A DNA stretch of 63,655 bases, the filler included, from Octopus bimaculoides (taxonomy: Eukaryota): NCBI RefSeq assembly GCF_001194135.2. It is 4 parts of 4 records of this genome, joined end to end, with 100 filler letters (N's around TTAATTAATTAA, not from the genome) between each part and the next. Parts side by side here need not be neighbours in the genome. Positions count along the whole stretch, not along the records: positions 54,493 to 63,655 come from NC_068987.1; 3 more parts are not named here. One strand, 5' to 3'. A program made the translations under genes and the position numbers. Under the pieces are notes generated by a model. That model did no database searches and was not told where the DNA came from. It was given only the letters and a program-made list of their open reading frames with translations. The first letter of the stretch is position 1. Each line of letters opens with the position of its first letter. This document shows, piece by piece, positions 62,150-63,655 of this stretch.

Positions 62150-62300
62150 GAGGCCTGGCTTTCCCTTGGTTACGATGATTAGTGTTCCAGTTGATACGGT
62201 CAAGCGAACAGACAGCTAGCCGATTCCTGAAATTAATGTGGAAGTGGCCGAGGGCTCCACACACACGCGTAATTTTAACGCCATTGATAGGGATATTCAG
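62150..62300 (-). mobile_element. Unclassified SINE-like 3' fragment, possibly related to about 46975-47100
   Basis: ggttacgatgattagtgttccagttgatacg...aaattaatgtggaagtggccgagggctccac; recognised by recall only. Confidence 0.35.
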
Positions 62301-62592
62301 CTAATACAGAGTATTCATAATAATAGTATTCATAATATTTCTTTTCTCTGCATAACCTAAAATTCATCTTTCCATACCTTATATGATCAACTTTACACAT
62401 AATATTTTATCATGACACGCTTCGCATTTTCTTTCTTGCCCTCATATGTTTCTCTCTTTTTTTAATTTTTGGTTTATATTTTGTGACATTCACTTCATGA
62501 CCTTCTAATATTTACTTACTTGCCCCACATTCAGCTTTGGTTCAACATCTCTTTTACCCCCTATGCCGCATTTTTTCTACTCGCCTTTCTAT

Positions 62593-62777
<185 letters not shown>

Positions 62778-62853
62778 CTTTCGTTTATTTCCCTTTTCAT
62801 CCTCTTTGGTTTCCTTATTGAAGTCTTATTGCTACGCTGTCGGAATTATTGCT

Positions 62854-62920
62854 GCTTAGCGGTATTTCGTCTGTCTTTATGTTCTGAGTTCAAATTCCGT
62901 CGAGGTTGACTTTGTCTCTC
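62854..62920 (+). mobile_element. SINE family B head fragment
   Basis: gcttagcggtatttcgtctgtctttatgttctgagttcaaattccgtcgaggttgactttg. Confidence 0.8.
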
Positions 62921-63477
62921 CTCTTTCTTCTTCCTCTTCTTCGTTTTTTTCTCCCTTCTTCCACTCTCTCTTCCTCTCCTCTTCTCCATCTTCTCCATCC
63001 TCTCCATCTTCTCCGTCTTTCTTTTACTTCCCCTCCTTATATGATGGCTTTCAATATTTATATAGTTTCATAGTCATATTTTTTTCTTCTACTTTTATAA
63101 ACATCTTTTCCTCCATTTTTAACTAAAATTTATTTTCATTGCATATTTTAATTTTATGCTCACATCTTTTCGTTTCTTTATACGTTTCGATATTTATGTC
63201 ACTTTGTCTCAAATTCATTCGTTTAATTTATATAACATTTTTATATATTTCAGTTTAAAAAGCTTTTTATCATATTCTGAATTTTCTTTTTTTTTTTTCA
63301 TTCTTTTATCTCCTTTCTCCTTCTGCTTCCTTCTTTGTTTTTTTTTTCTTTGCCACTTTAAAGCATCATATTTGCTTATTTATGCTTAGATCCCTGCCTT
63401 CTTCTGCCACTTTCTACACTAACATCTGTCAGTGGCTGATGTTTAAAACAAAACGCTTGGAAGTAAAATCACAATAA

Positions 63478-63513
63478 AGAACAACAACAACAACAGCAAT
63501 AATAATAATGATG

Positions 63514-63611
<98 letters not shown>

Positions 63612-63655
63612 AAGAAGAATAGTATACGGGGAAAATAAGGCTTATAATGATGATG
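63478..63655. repeat. (AAC)n(AAT)n(AAG)n(GAT)n microsatellite
   Basis: Direct. Confidence 0.95.

Overview
AT-rich, gap-ridden eukaryotic draft scaffold, almost entirely repeats. SINE content and microsatellite density suggest an octopus genome; this is inferred, not searched. I found no host protein-coding exon I can support. Most ORF-track entries are translations of microsatellites or N runs. Supported content: (1) a decayed single-frame gag-pol Gypsy element (26339-29521) with PPT and 3' LTR, no 5' LTR and a deleted integrase core; (2) two Tx1/L1-like LINE remnants; (3) two mariner remnants, a Tc1/mariner 3' end and four MITE-like elements; (4) more than 20 tRNA-derived SINE copies of at least three families (my labels A, B, C); (5) three artificial 44N-TTAATTAATTAA-44N assembly spacers. 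The most interesting signal is a set of short type I hammerhead-ribozyme motifs in Penelope-like or retrozyme-like repeats. One is complete (15115-15177), one is near-complete (39101-39148). Two neighbouring palindromes (54515-55235 and 55858-56240) each carry two hammerhead motifs reading outward, with cores about 135 bp apart once a nested hAT MITE is removed. Boundaries are hand-read and approximate unless a motif is quoted.
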